Shown here: positions 48,962 through 58,944 of the stretch, in pieces
Position numbering within the stretch: the stretch's first letter is position 1
How the letters are laid out: each line of letters begins with the position of its first letter
Origin: Thermoanaerobaculaceae bacterium
Lineage (GTDB): Bacteria; Acidobacteriota; Thermoanaerobaculia; Multivoradales; UBA5704
Assembly (NCBI GenBank): GCA_963785165.1
Contig: CAWAUI010000003.1
Span: forward strand, 53,302 to 117,301
Direction of reading: 5' to 3'
DNA: 64,000 nt
Notes under the pieces: model-generated
What the model saw: only the letters and a program-made list of their open reading frames with translations
What the model was told of the DNA's origin: nothing
The model's database searches: none
Program-made: the position numbers and the translations under genes

Positions 48962-50159
48962 GACAGCTCCTCCTGTTTCTTTCGAAGCCCGGCGGGGAAG
49001 AGGCGGCGCCAGGCGAGCGCGATCCCCGTCCACACCAGCACCGCCACCCCGGCGGACACCACCCCCGCCACGGCTTGGCCCGTCACACCGCCCGCCTCAC
49101 CCGTGTGAATCCACCGCGACCACGTCCGCAGCCGCCGGCCGGTACTCTGGCTCTCGTACGGCTCCCACTTTTCAATCGCACCCGTGGCGCGCTCCAGGGT
49201 GAGCTGCGCCCGCAGATCCGGCCGGCCCCCGCTGCCCACCGGGCGATCGAAAACGTCACCGGCGCCTCGGGCGAATCCGGCAGGCGCAGCGTGATGCTCC
49301 GCCACCCGGCACCTGCCGCTCGGCCACTGCCCACAGGGCGTTCAGCCCGTCGAGCACGATCTTTTCCTCGCGCTTTTCCCCAGGGCGTTCCCCGCCCCGA
49401 TTGCCTCCAGGCGGGCCTTGACGGGCCGGCGGCGGCTCCTCGCCCGCCACTCGGTACAGCAGATCGCTCGCCCAGGATACGACATGACGACGCCCGAGAC
49501 GACGATGAGCAAGAGCGGCGCCAGCGACCAGAGACCGATGACGTGGTGCCAGTTGAAATCGCGCGCCTTGCCCGGCAGGCCGCGCCGGAACCACACGACG
49601 CCTCGCAGCTACGGCCATTTCCACCGCCGCGGCCACCATAGGTAGAAGCCGGTGCCCACCAGGAACAGGAACGCGAGGTTGGAGGCGCCGGTGATCGCAC
49701 GGCCGGTGGCTCGCCACTCGCAGCTCGCACCCAGCCACCGGTGCCAGTCGGTGACGGCGTGGAAGAACCTCGCGCGTTCGGGGAGCCTTCGCCCAGAAGC
49801 TTGCCGGTGTATGGATTTACGTGGAGCGTTTGTCCGCCCCAGGCTCATCGACGCGGGCGCCGTCGGATCGGATTGGAGGGTGACCCGGGAGGGGGCGCGT
49901 CGGGGTCCCGAAGCTCCGCCGATCAGGGTTTCGACGGCAGGAGCGCCGTCGGGAGCCGGAGCTCCCTTCGTGGCAGGGAGCGACCGGTCGGCCCACGCCG
50001 TGATCTGCCGCTCGAACGTCAGCAGCACGCCCGTCACCGACATGACCAGGATGACGACGCCCGCAGTTACGCCCGCGGCCAGGTGGAGCCAGAAAATGGC
50101 GGTGCGAAAGGGGCGGGACGAGCGGCCGGCTGGACGTTCCGGTCAGGCAAGGCCGTCAT
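48958..50159 (-). CDS. PepSY-associated TM helix protein (PiuB-like); several frameshifts
   Basis: FRTAIFWLHLAAGVTAGVVILVMSVTGVLLTFERQ; FHAVTDWHRWLG; DFNWHHVIGLWSLAPLLLIVVSGVVMSYP; WSRWIHTGEAGGVTGQAVAGVVSAGVAVLVWTG. The ATG inferred at 50157-50159 needs one frame correction. Confidence 0.7.
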
Positions 50160-50453
50160 ATATACTGCTCCCGTGGTCAAACCGCCACGGCAAAGCCGGA
50201 CGGTGAAGTCCATGTCCAGGGCGGTGCCGGCCTGCTCCCCAGCGAACCCGGTATCGCCCTTTTCCTTGGCGCTGAGCCTTGTTGAGACTCAGTCTCATTT
50301 CGTTGGAAAGATCCTGGACTAAATCGGTACGGATTGTCAAGCACCAATTTTTAAGCCGGTTTCCTGTCCCCGTTTCCCCCTCCCGGCTGCACTGTTCTTA
50401 TAGACATGCGGGAAGGTCTATGGCTCTCCCGCCAACAAGGAGGAAAACGTCCC

Positions 50454-50729
50454 ATGCGCGAAAATCCCGCCCTTTTCCCGGTGAGGAAGGTCGTCCTCAC
50501 CCTGCTCCTGCTGGCCGTCGTGGCCTTCGCCCTCGCCGCCATCCAGCCCGCCGAGGCCGTCGTCATCGCCGGCCCCCACATCTGCACCTACTACAGCGAC
50601 GCGAGCCGCACCACCGCCGTCGGCGCCCGCGGCACCGGCTGCTGCAACAGCGTCATCAGTTGGGGAGTCACCTCGCCGTACAGCCGCTGCGAGCGGCTCT
50701 ACTGCCCCGACGTGATCTGCCCGGACTAA
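50454..50729 (+). CDS. Small secreted Cys-rich protein (91 aa, 6 Cys in the mature part)
   Basis: RBS AAGGAGG 7 nt before the ATG. Signal peptide VVLTLLLLAVVAFALAAIQPAEA. Mature part VVIAGPHICTYYSDASRTTAVGARGTGCCNSVISWGVTSPYSRCERLYCPDVICPD. Confidence 0.65.
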   Translation: MRENPALFPVRKVVLTLLLLAVVAFALAAIQPAEAVVIAGPHICTYYSDASRTTAVGARGTGCCNSVISWGVTSPYSRCERLYCPDVICPD

Positions 50730-50746
50730 AGGCAGTCTCGTAAAGG

Positions 50747-50786
50747 CCGCCCTCGCCAGGGATTTCAATCCCTGGCGAGGGGCGGG
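50747..50786 (+). terminator. Strong hairpin downstream of the Cys-rich gene (terminator candidate, weak T-tract)
   Basis: ccgccctcgccaggga-tttcaa-tccctggcgaggggcgg (16/17-bp stem). Same TTTCAA loop as the hairpins in the 38.1-38.5 kb element. Confidence 0.45.
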
Positions 50787-50881
50787 ACCGGACATTTATG
50801 AGACCGCGTCTAGCCCCCTAGCTCCAAGACCTCCGCCCCGTCTCTTCGTTCCCCCAAAACGCCCGCCCTGGGATCGTCCGC

Positions 50882-50910
50882 TTGACACACTGTGTGAGAC
50901 ACAGTACTAT
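50882..50910 (+). promoter_or_regulatory. Consensus-like promoter with an embedded palindromic operator
   Basis: TTGACA (50882-50887), a 17-nt spacer, then TACTAT (50905-50910). The spacer contains ACTGTGT-gag-ACACAGT, a perfect 7-bp inverted repeat. The ATG at 50918 lies about 8 nt after the -10 element. Confidence 0.5.
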
Positions 50911-50917
50911 GCGCGGC

Positions 50918-51253
50918 ATGGGTGACACGGACGCTTTCAACGAATTGAAGATCGAGCTGCGGCGCGGGGTGGTGGTGTTGGCCACCCTCTCCCAGCTGCG
51001 CGCTCCACGCTACGGCTACGAGCTGCGCCAGGCGCTGGCGGACCAGGGAATGCCGATCGAAGAGGGCACCCTCTATCCGTTGCTGCGCCGGCTGGAAACA
51101 CAGGGCTTGCTGAACAGTGAGTGGAAGATCGAGGACGGACCCCCGCGGCGGTACTACTCCCTGAACGCGGACGGCCAAAAATTGCTCGAGAAGCTCACCG
51201 CGGCCTGGCGGGCCCTGAACGGCGCCATGAACCGACTCTTGAAGGAGGACTGA
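50918..51253 (+). CDS. PadR-family transcriptional regulator
   Basis: LRRGVVVLATLSQLRAPRYGYELRQALADQGMPIEEGTLYPLLRRLETQGLLNSEWKIEDGPPRRYYSLNADGQKLL. In-frame alternative starts at 50882 and 50909. Confidence 0.85.
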   Translation: MGDTDAFNELKIELRRGVVVLATLSQLRAPRYGYELRQALADQGMPIEEGTLYPLLRRLETQGLLNSEWKIEDGPPRRYYSLNADGQKLLEKLTAAWRALNGAMNRLLKED

Positions 51254-51259
51254 CTGACC

Positions 51260-51826
51260 ATGAACGCGAACGACGTGATCGAATCCTACGTCACCGACGT
51301 CGCCGTGCGGTTGCCGCGCAAGCAGCGCAACGACGTGGCGTTTGAATTGCGGGCCCTGCTCAACGAAGGCTTGCAGGACAAAGCCGCCGCCGCCGGCCGC
51401 CCCGCCGACGCCGACGACCCCGCAATCGCCACCGAGTTTCTGCGGGCCTTCGGGCGGCCCGAGGACGTCGCCGCGCGCTACCGCCCCACGCTGACGATCA
51501 TCGACCCCGCGGACGGCCCCAAATTCCTGCGGGCGGCCGTCATCGGCCTCGCGTTGATCTGGTCTCTGGGTCTGTTCGCGTGCCTGCAGCAACCCATCCA
51601 TTCCGCGGACGACCTGATCCGCGCCCTGACCCCAGTGGTGGGGAAGCATCGTCATTCCCTCCCCCTGGTGGCCCGGCGTGCTCGTCGTGTGGTTCGGCCT
51701 GGCCTCCTGGTCGCGCCGCCGCCGGCCGCAAACCGGCGCCGGCTGGAAGCCGCGCGCGGGCGACCACCTCCAAGGCGGCCGCACCGCCTCGGCCCTGGGG
51801 CTCGCCGGCGTCCTCTGCGCGGTGGT
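51260..51826 (+). CDS. PadR-associated membrane protein (DUF1700/HAAS-like N-terminus), frameshifted and 3'-truncated by the junction
   Basis: [38 protein letters not shown]..., then TM segments [21 protein letters not shown] and (another frame) [15 protein letters not shown]...[11 protein letters not shown]. The sequence then switches to GDH. Confidence 0.6.
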
Positions 51827-53989
51827 GCACCCGGACGGCGTGGTGATCCGCGACGGCGACGATCCCTATTTCGTCGTCGCCGCCGACAAGGGCACCGCGA
51901 CCTTCTCCGACATCGCCAACGCGATCGCGCTCGAGCGCGGACTTCTGGCTCGGCGACGCCTTCGCCAGCGGCGGCTCGAACGGCTACGACCACAAGGCGA
52001 TGGGCATCACCGCGCAGGGCGCGTGGCTCTCGGTCCAGCGCCACTTCCTCGAAATGGGCATCGACGTGCAGAACGAGCCGATCACGCGTCGCCGGCTGCG
52101 GCGACATGTCGGGCGACGTGTTCGGCAACGGCATGCTGCTGTCGAAGGCGATCAAGCTGGTCGCGGCGTTCGACCATCGCCACATCTTCCTCGATCCCGA
52201 TCCCGATCCGGCGACGAGCTGGGACGAGCGCGACGCGCCTGTTCGCGCTGCCGCGCTCGAGCTGGGACGATTATGACGCGACGCTGATCTCGAAGGGCGG
52301 CGGCATCTTCCCGCGCAGCCAGAAGAGCGATCCCGCTGATCGCCGCAGATGCGCGGCGATGCTCGGCATCGACGGACGAGACGATCGATCCGGCCGCGCT
52401 GATCACCGCGATCCTGCAAGGCGCCGGTCGACCTGCTCTGGTTCGGCGGCATCGGCACCTATGTGAAGGCCGCGGCGCGAGAGCAACGCCGAGGTCGGCG
52501 ATCCCGCCAACGACGCGCTGCGCGTCAATGCCGAGGAGCTGCGCGCCAAGGTGATCGGCGAAGGCGCCAATCTGGGCATCACCCAGGCCGGCGCGCATCG
52601 AGTTCGCGCTGGCGCGGCGGGCGGATCAACACCGACTTCATCGACAATTCGGCCGGCGTCGATTGCTCGGACAATGAGGTCAACATCAAGATCGCGCTCA
52701 ACCGCGAGATGACGCGACGGGCGGCTGTCGCTCGAGCGACCGCAACGCGCTGCTCGCCGCGATGACCGACGACGTCGCCGCGCTGGTGCTCGAGGACAAC
52801 CGCCTGCAGACGCTGGCGCTGTCGATCGCCGAGCGCGGCGGCGCGCGCGGCCTGCCGAGCTACGTCCGCGCTGATCGAGATGCTCGAGGAGCAGCGGCCA
52901 GCTCGACCGCGCGGTCGAGGGGCTGGCGCGCAACGAGGAGCTGCTGCGCCGCGCGCAGGACGGCCAGGGCCTGACCCGGCCCGAACTCGCGGTGCTGCTG
53001 TCGACCGCCAAGCTGGCGCTGCAGGACGCGATCGAGGCACGGCGAGCTGGCCGACGATCCGACGCTGGACGCCGAGCTGCTCGCCGCCTTCCCGGCGCGC
53101 GATGCAGGCGCAGGCATCGCGACGCGATCGCCGAGCCACCGGCTGCGCCGCGAGATCATCGCCACCAAGCTCGCCAACCGCATCGTCAACCGGCTCGGCC
53201 TGATCCATCCGTTCGAACTGGCCGAGGAGGAAGGCGCGCGCTTCGGCGACAGGTCGCCGCGCCTTCGTCGCCGCCGAGCGCCTGTTCGACATGGGCACGC
53301 TGTGGCGCCGAGATCGACGCGGCGGAGATGCCGGAGGGCGCCGGCTCGCGCTGTTCGAAGAGATCGGCGGCGCCATGCGGGCTGCACATCGCCGATCCTC
53401 CTGCGCGTACACGCCGGCGAGCCGACGCCCGGCGAGATCGGTGCGCGACTCTCAAGCCCGGCCTCGACAAGCTCGACGCGGCGTCGACAATCTGCTGACC
53501 GAACCGCGCCGCCCGCGGCCGCGGCCATGGAGCGACGATCTGGACGACGCTGGGCGCGCCGCGGATCGCTGGCACGACCGCGATCGTCGCAGCTGTTCGA
53601 GCTGGACGGCGCGATCGGCATCGCCGACCTTGGCCGCAGCTCCGTCGGGACGAGGTCGAGCTGACCGGCGCGCTATCGTCCGTCTCGGCGAGGCGCTCGG
53701 CCTCGACTGGGCGCAGGCGCGCGGCTATCCCGGTTGCAGCCGCGCGACCCGTGGGAGCGGCTGCTGCACCGCCGGCCTCGCCGCGATATTCGAGCAGCTG
53801 CGGCTCGATTTCCTCGACGCGGCAAGGGCGGCGAGCGATCCGGTCGAGCGGTCGACAACATGGGTCGAGACGCACAGCGCCCGCGGATCGACCAGTTCCG
53901 CCGCATCACTCGAACGCGCCGCGCGCCTCGCCGATGCCGACGGCGCCGATGCTGGCCCAGATCTGCTGGCGCAGGTGCGCGACGTCTGA
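51826..53989 (+). pseudogene. gdhB: NAD-specific glutamate dehydrogenase (large Bac_GDH type), internal-to-C-terminal fragment only, many frameshifts
   Basis: [23 protein letters not shown]...[25 protein letters not shown]...[39 protein letters not shown]...RINTDFIDNSAGVDCSDNEVNIKIAL...REIIATKLANRIVNRLG. There is no N-terminal half and no start codon. Confidence 0.85.
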
Positions 53990-54010
53990 TGGACGCGCGT
54001 GAGGCTCGAG

Positions 54011-54298
54011 TCACGCTTCCCCGGCGAGATAGGCAGGCGATCCACCAACCAGGCGAGCGGATCTGCGCTGGCGCCAGGTTCTGCGGGCGGGCTGATCGCC
54101 GCTCGCAGCCGACCCGAGCCGGCGGATTGGCCGCGAGCTTCGATCGATCCGCGCGACCAGCGCGTTGAGCGGCAACGCCCTCCTCCGCCGCCGCGCGCAG
54201 CAGCGCATCCCAGAACAGCGGCTCGAGGCTGATCGAGGTCTCGTGCCCGGCGATCTCACCGAGCGCTTGACCGGGCCCCCTGGAACCAGCGCCGATCG
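54011..54298 (-). CDS. Small ribbon-helix-helix (RHH_4-like) protein; frameshifted, ends approximate
   Basis: IAGHETSISLEPLFWDALLRAAAEEG..LPLNALVARIDRS, typical of the alphaproteobacterial GH.TS.SLE..FW family. Confidence 0.45.
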   Translation of the reverse strand, partial: RSALVPGGPVKRSVRSPGTRPRSASSRCSGMRCCARRRRRALPLNALVARIDRSSRPIRRLGSAASGDQPARRTWRQRRSARLVGGSPAYLAGEA

Positions 54299-54301
54299 GG
54301 C

Positions 54302-55029
54302 TCAATACATATGCTGCCCGCCGTTGATCGACATGCGTCGATCCGGTGACGAAGCCGGCATCCTCCGACGCACAGGAACGCGACGCCGCGCGCGATCTCC
54401 TCGGCCTGGCCGAGCCGGCCGACCGGGATCTTGGCGACGATCTTTTCCAGCACGTCGGCGCGGCACCGCGGCGACCATGTCGGTGTCGATATAGCCCGGC
54501 GCGATCGCGTTGACGGTCACGCCGAACTTGCGCGCCTTCCTGCGCCAGCGCCTTGGTGAAGCCGTGGATGCCCGATTTGGCGGCGGCATAGTTGACCTGG
54601 CCGTATTGCCCGGCCTGGCCGTTGATCGAGCCGATGTTGACGATCCGGCCCCAGCCGCGCTCGCGCATGCCGGGGAAGGTCGCCTTGGCCATGTTGAAGC
54701 AGCCGCCGAGATTGATGTCGATCACCTCGTTCCAGTCCTCGAAGTTCATCCTCTTCATCGTGCCGTCGCGGGTGATGCCGGCATTGTTGACCAGCGACGT
54801 CGACCGGGCCGAGCTCGCTCTCGACCTGCGCGCAGCCGTCGAGGCAGGCCTCGTGGTCGGCGACGTCCCATTTGTACGCCGGGATGCCGGTGCGCTCGGT
54901 GAAGGCCGCGCGCCTCCGTCATTGCCGGCATAGTTGGCGGCGACGGTCATGCCCCGCATCCTGCAGCGCGAGGCTGATCGCCTCGCCGATGCCGCGCGTT
55001 CCGCCGGTGACGATTGCAACCCGTGCCAT
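54302..55029 (-). CDS. phbB: Acetoacetyl-CoA reductase (SDR); at least 6 frame changes
   Basis: MARVAIVTGGTRGIGEAISLAL...LVNNAGITRDGTMKRMNFEDWNEVIDINLGGCFN...NIGSINGQAGQYGQVNYAAAKSGIHGFTKALAQEGA/KFGVTVNAIAPGYIDTDMV/LEKIVAKIPVGRLGQAEEIA/SEDAGFVTGST/MSINGGQHMY. Confidence 0.85.
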
Positions 55030-55049
55030 GCATCCTCTCCTCATTGTGC

Positions 55050-56108
55050 TTATCGCGGACGGCTTAGCGCGCGCGGCACCCAGCCTGCAAGTTCGCGCGC
55101 CGACAAGCGTTCGCAGCATCGCCATGCCCGCGCGCGCTGTCGTTGAGGCAGGGCAGATAGGCGAAATGCGTTGCCGCCCGCCTCGAGGAAGGTCTCGCGC
55201 CCGCGGATCGCCAGCTCCTCCAGCGTCTCCAGGCAATCGGCGGAAAAGCCGGGCGCGACGATCGCGAGCTCGCGTCACGCCCTCGCGCCGGCAGCGCGGC
55301 CAGCGTCGCGTCGGTCGCGGGCTCGAGCCATTTGGCGCGGCCGAAGCGCGACTGGAAGGCGATCGTCCAGCTCGCGCGGCCCAGCGCCTCGGCCAGCAGC
55401 CGCGCGGTCTTCTGGCACTGGCAGTGATAGGGATCGCCCAGCTCGCAGCGTCCGCTCGCGGCATGCCGTGGAAGCTGGCGAGCAGCGCATCGGGCACGAA
55501 ATCGAGCGCCGCCGAGCGCCGTCTCGACGATCGGCCTTCAGCGCGTCGATATAGGCGGGATCGTCGTGATAGGGCGGCAGCGTGCGCATCGCCGGCTGCC
55601 AGCGCATCGTCGCGCAGATGCGGCGAACGCCGCATCGTTCGCGGTCGCGGTCGTCGCCGCGCAATATTGCGGATAGAGCGGCGCGAGCAGGATGCGCTCG
55701 CAGCCCCGCCGCCTTCATCGCCGTCGAGCCGGTCGGCGATCGCCGGCTTGCCATAGCGCATCGCCTAATCGACGATCACGCCCATCGCCGAACGCGCCTG
55801 CAGCGCCGCCGCCTGGCGCGGCGGTGATCGCGGCGAGCGGCGAGCCTTCGCTCGGTCCACACCTGGCGCATAGGCATGCGCCGACTTCTTCGGCCGGGTG
55901 TTGAGGATGATGCCGCGCAGGATCGGCTGCCAGAGCGAGCGGCGGAATTTCGACGACGCGCCGATCGGACAGGAATTCGCGCCAGATAGCGCTTCACCGC
56001 GGCGGCGTCGGGCGCGTCGGGCGTGCCGAGGTTGACCAGCAGCACGCCGATGCGCGGCGCAGGGATCGGGGGATGATCGGCGGGACGGTCGGGCAGGGCG
56101 GGGCTCAT
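55050..56108 (-). CDS. hemH: Ferrochelatase; many frameshifts
   Basis: [26 protein letters not shown]...; [13 protein letters not shown]; SFHGMP...; the C-terminus ...ARELAGWV is recoverable in a third frame. Confidence 0.8.
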
Positions 56109-56124
56109 GCGATGCGGGTCTCTT

Positions 56125-58383
56125 TCAGGCCGGGGCGATCAGCGGCAGGGTGCGAAAGCGCTGGCCGGTGACGGTGAAGAGCGCGTTGGCGATGGCCGGG
56201 GCGACCGCGGGAACGCCGATCTCTTCCGGCCCGCCGGGCTCCGCGACGCTTGCGATGAATTCGACCGTCACCGGCCGATGTCGGCAAGGCGGGGCAGGCC
56301 CATGCGGCCCAGATCGCGCGCTCGGGCAGGCCGCGCGCATAGTCCGCCGCGCCGCCCAGCGCGGAGGCGAGGCCGAAGACCAGCCCGCCCTCGATCTGTT
56401 GCCGGGCGATGTCCGGATGACGCTGCGCGCCGAGATCGACGACGGCGACGATGTTCTTCGCGCGGATGCCGTTCTGTCCCAGCCCGCCTCCGCCAGTCAC
56501 GGCGATGTACCGCCGTCCATCGCGTGGCACGCCAGAGCCCTGGCCGCTGCCCATCGACGCCGCCCTGCCAGCCGCCCATCGCCGCAGCCGTCGACAGGCA
56601 ATGGGCGAGGCGCGGCTGCCCGCCCAGCATGCTGGATGCGGAAGGACAGCGGTTCGATCTTCGCCTGATGCGCCAGCTCGTCGATGAAGCATTCGGTGAA
56701 GAAGGCGGCGTAGCTGTCGGCATTGCCGCGCCAGCGCCCGATCGGCAGGTCGAGCGTCGACGGGATAATGATCGATCGCCAGATGGGGGATGGCATAAGG
56801 CGGCATCACGCCGGCAACGGCGCGTGCATCGGCGCTGCGCCCGTCGGCCGCGCGCGGCGCGAAGGCCGACTGCCCGTGGAAATCCGGTCCCAGCTCTGGC
56901 GGTCGGCGGACGGCGCGGCGATCTTCGCCGACCAGCCGTCGATACGCCCGCCCGGCAGCAGCTTCGCCGCCATCCGCGCCCGGCGGGCGGGCGAGGGCGA
57001 TCGGCGACGATATCCTCCAGCCGCGACCAGATCAGCTGCACCGGCCGCCCGACCGCCCGCGCGATCAGCGCCGCCTGCACGGCGGGTTCATGATCGAAGC
57101 GCCGGTCGAACGACCCGCCGCCGGCACCGGATAGAGCAAGACGTCCGCCTCGCTCATCCCCAGCGCCTCGGCCACGGCGGCGCGGCAGAAGGCGGGCGCC
57201 TAGGCTCGCCACCCAGATCTTCGCGCGCGACCGTCGGCAACGCGCGCGGTGGCGCAGGGTGTCTCGATCGCCAGATGCAGCGCCGGGGCGACGTCATAGT
57301 CGGCGCGCAATACGCGCGCGCCCGAGAAGCTGGCGGCAAGATCGCCCAGCGCGTCGAACCGGCGGCCCGCATCCCCGGCGAACGCCGCGCGCAGCGCCGC
57401 GTCGATGGCGCCAGTATCGAGCGGCTCTCCGTCAAGCTCGAACACCGGATCGAGCGCGTCGAGCGCCTTGTTCGCCGCCCACCAGTTGGTGGCGACCGCC
57501 GCGACCCAGCGTCCTGCCGGACCAGCCGGACGAAGCCGGGCACCTTCTTTGCCGCTGCCTCCTTGACCGATTCGAGGCGGACGGCGCCGACCGGCCCCTG
57601 ACGGATCGAGGCGAACACCATGTCGGGCAGGCGAATGTCCGCGGCATAGTTGAGCGTGCCGTCGACCTTGGACGGCAGGTCCAGCCGGGGCACGTCCTGC
57701 CCGATCAGCCGGTCCTCGCGTCCTTCCGGCGCTCCGGCAGCACATCGGGCAGGGTGAAGTTCCGCGGCCTCCGCCGCCAGTTCGCCGATGCGCAGCGTGC
57801 GTCGTCCATCGGTGACAAGGCCACCGACAATGTCGCAGCTCTCCCATTCGACGTCCCAGCGCGCCGCCGCCGCCTTGCACAGCAGCACGCGCGCCGCCGC
57901 GCCCGCCGTCCGATAGCTGTCGCCGAACTTGCGCAGCGCGGTCGCGCCGCCGGTCAGCATCATCGCGTGGCAGGTCGCATATTCGCGCATCGCCCAGTCG
58001 CCCGCGACGGTCGCCCAGCCGTCTTCCATAAATTCACGGGCGAGCAGCTGGTTGGCATAGAGCGGGCTGACCGGTGCGCCCTGCACCGCGACCGTGCGCC
58101 AGTCGGCGCCGAGTTCATCGGCAAGGATCTGCGGCAGCACGGTGGTTATGCCCTGCCCCATCTCCAGCTGCGGCACGACGACGATGATCTGTCCGGCAGT
58201 GTCGATCTTCAGGAACGCGTTGATCAGCGTCTCATTCTCGCCGACCGCAAGATTGGGCGATAGCTGCGCGGCCAGAGCCCCCACGCGATGAAGCAGGCCC
58301 GCCGCCGCGCCGCCGCCGATCAGCAGCGTGCGCCGATCGACCGCCACCTTCTGAAAATCGCGCTTGTCGGGGGATCGCTTCAT
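56125..58383 (-). CDS. Molybdopterin-binding aldehyde oxidase/xanthine dehydrogenase-family subunit (IorB-like) with Tat signal; many frameshifts
   Basis: MKRSPDKRDFQKVAVDRRTLLIGGGAAAGL (twin-Arg). VVVPQLEMGQGITTVLPQILADELGADW. IGQDVPRLDLPSKVDGTLNYAADIRLPDMVFASIRQGP. C-terminus VPAVAPAIANALFTVTGQRFRTLPL. Confidence 0.75.
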
Positions 58384-58460
58384 GCCTGAGCTTTGATAGC
58401 GGGCGGCGCGATCAAAGGCAAAGGCGGAAATAGAGCGCCCCGGTTCAGGCGGCTTCTGGT

Positions 58461-58882
58461 TCAGGCGGCGGGAGCAAGGCCGAGCCGCGGAATCTCGATC
58501 GCGGGGCAGCGGTCCATCACCACCTTGAGGCCCGCCGCCTCGGCGCGCGCTGCCGCCTCCTCGTTGATCACGCCGAGCTGCATCCACACCGCCTTGGCGC
58601 CGACCGCGATCGCCTCGTCGACCGCCTCGCCCGCTGCGGCGCGCGCGGAAGATGTCGACCATGTCGATCGGCTCGCCGATCTCGGCAAGCGTCGCGCGAC
58701 AGAATTCGCCGTGGACATGCTCGCCGGTGAGCTGCGGATTGACCGGGATCACGCGATAGCCGTGCGACCTGCAGCATCTTCATCACGCCGTAGCTCGGCC
58801 GGTCGGCCGGTCGGACGCGCCGACCATCGCGATGGTGCGCGGTTGAGCAGCGCGGCGATATCCTCGTCGCGGGTCAGCGGCA
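58461..58882 (-). CDS. CoA-binding domain protein (YccU/YneT-like); frameshifted
   Basis: [13 protein letters not shown]...PSYGVMKML...[37 protein letters not shown]...[44 protein letters not shown]. Confidence 0.75.
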
Positions 58883-58944
58883 TGGCGCATCTCCTTCCCC
58901 GTCAAATGGGGGCAGGACGACGCTTCGTCAACCCATGGCACGGA

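Noticed and set aside
51260-52276. A 338-aa ORF suggesting a fusion protein of a PadR-associated membrane protein with a GDH-like C-terminus.
   Set aside because: It is an out-of-frame read-through across the chimeric junction. Its middle is Arg/Pro junk, and only its two ends match real proteins of different origin.
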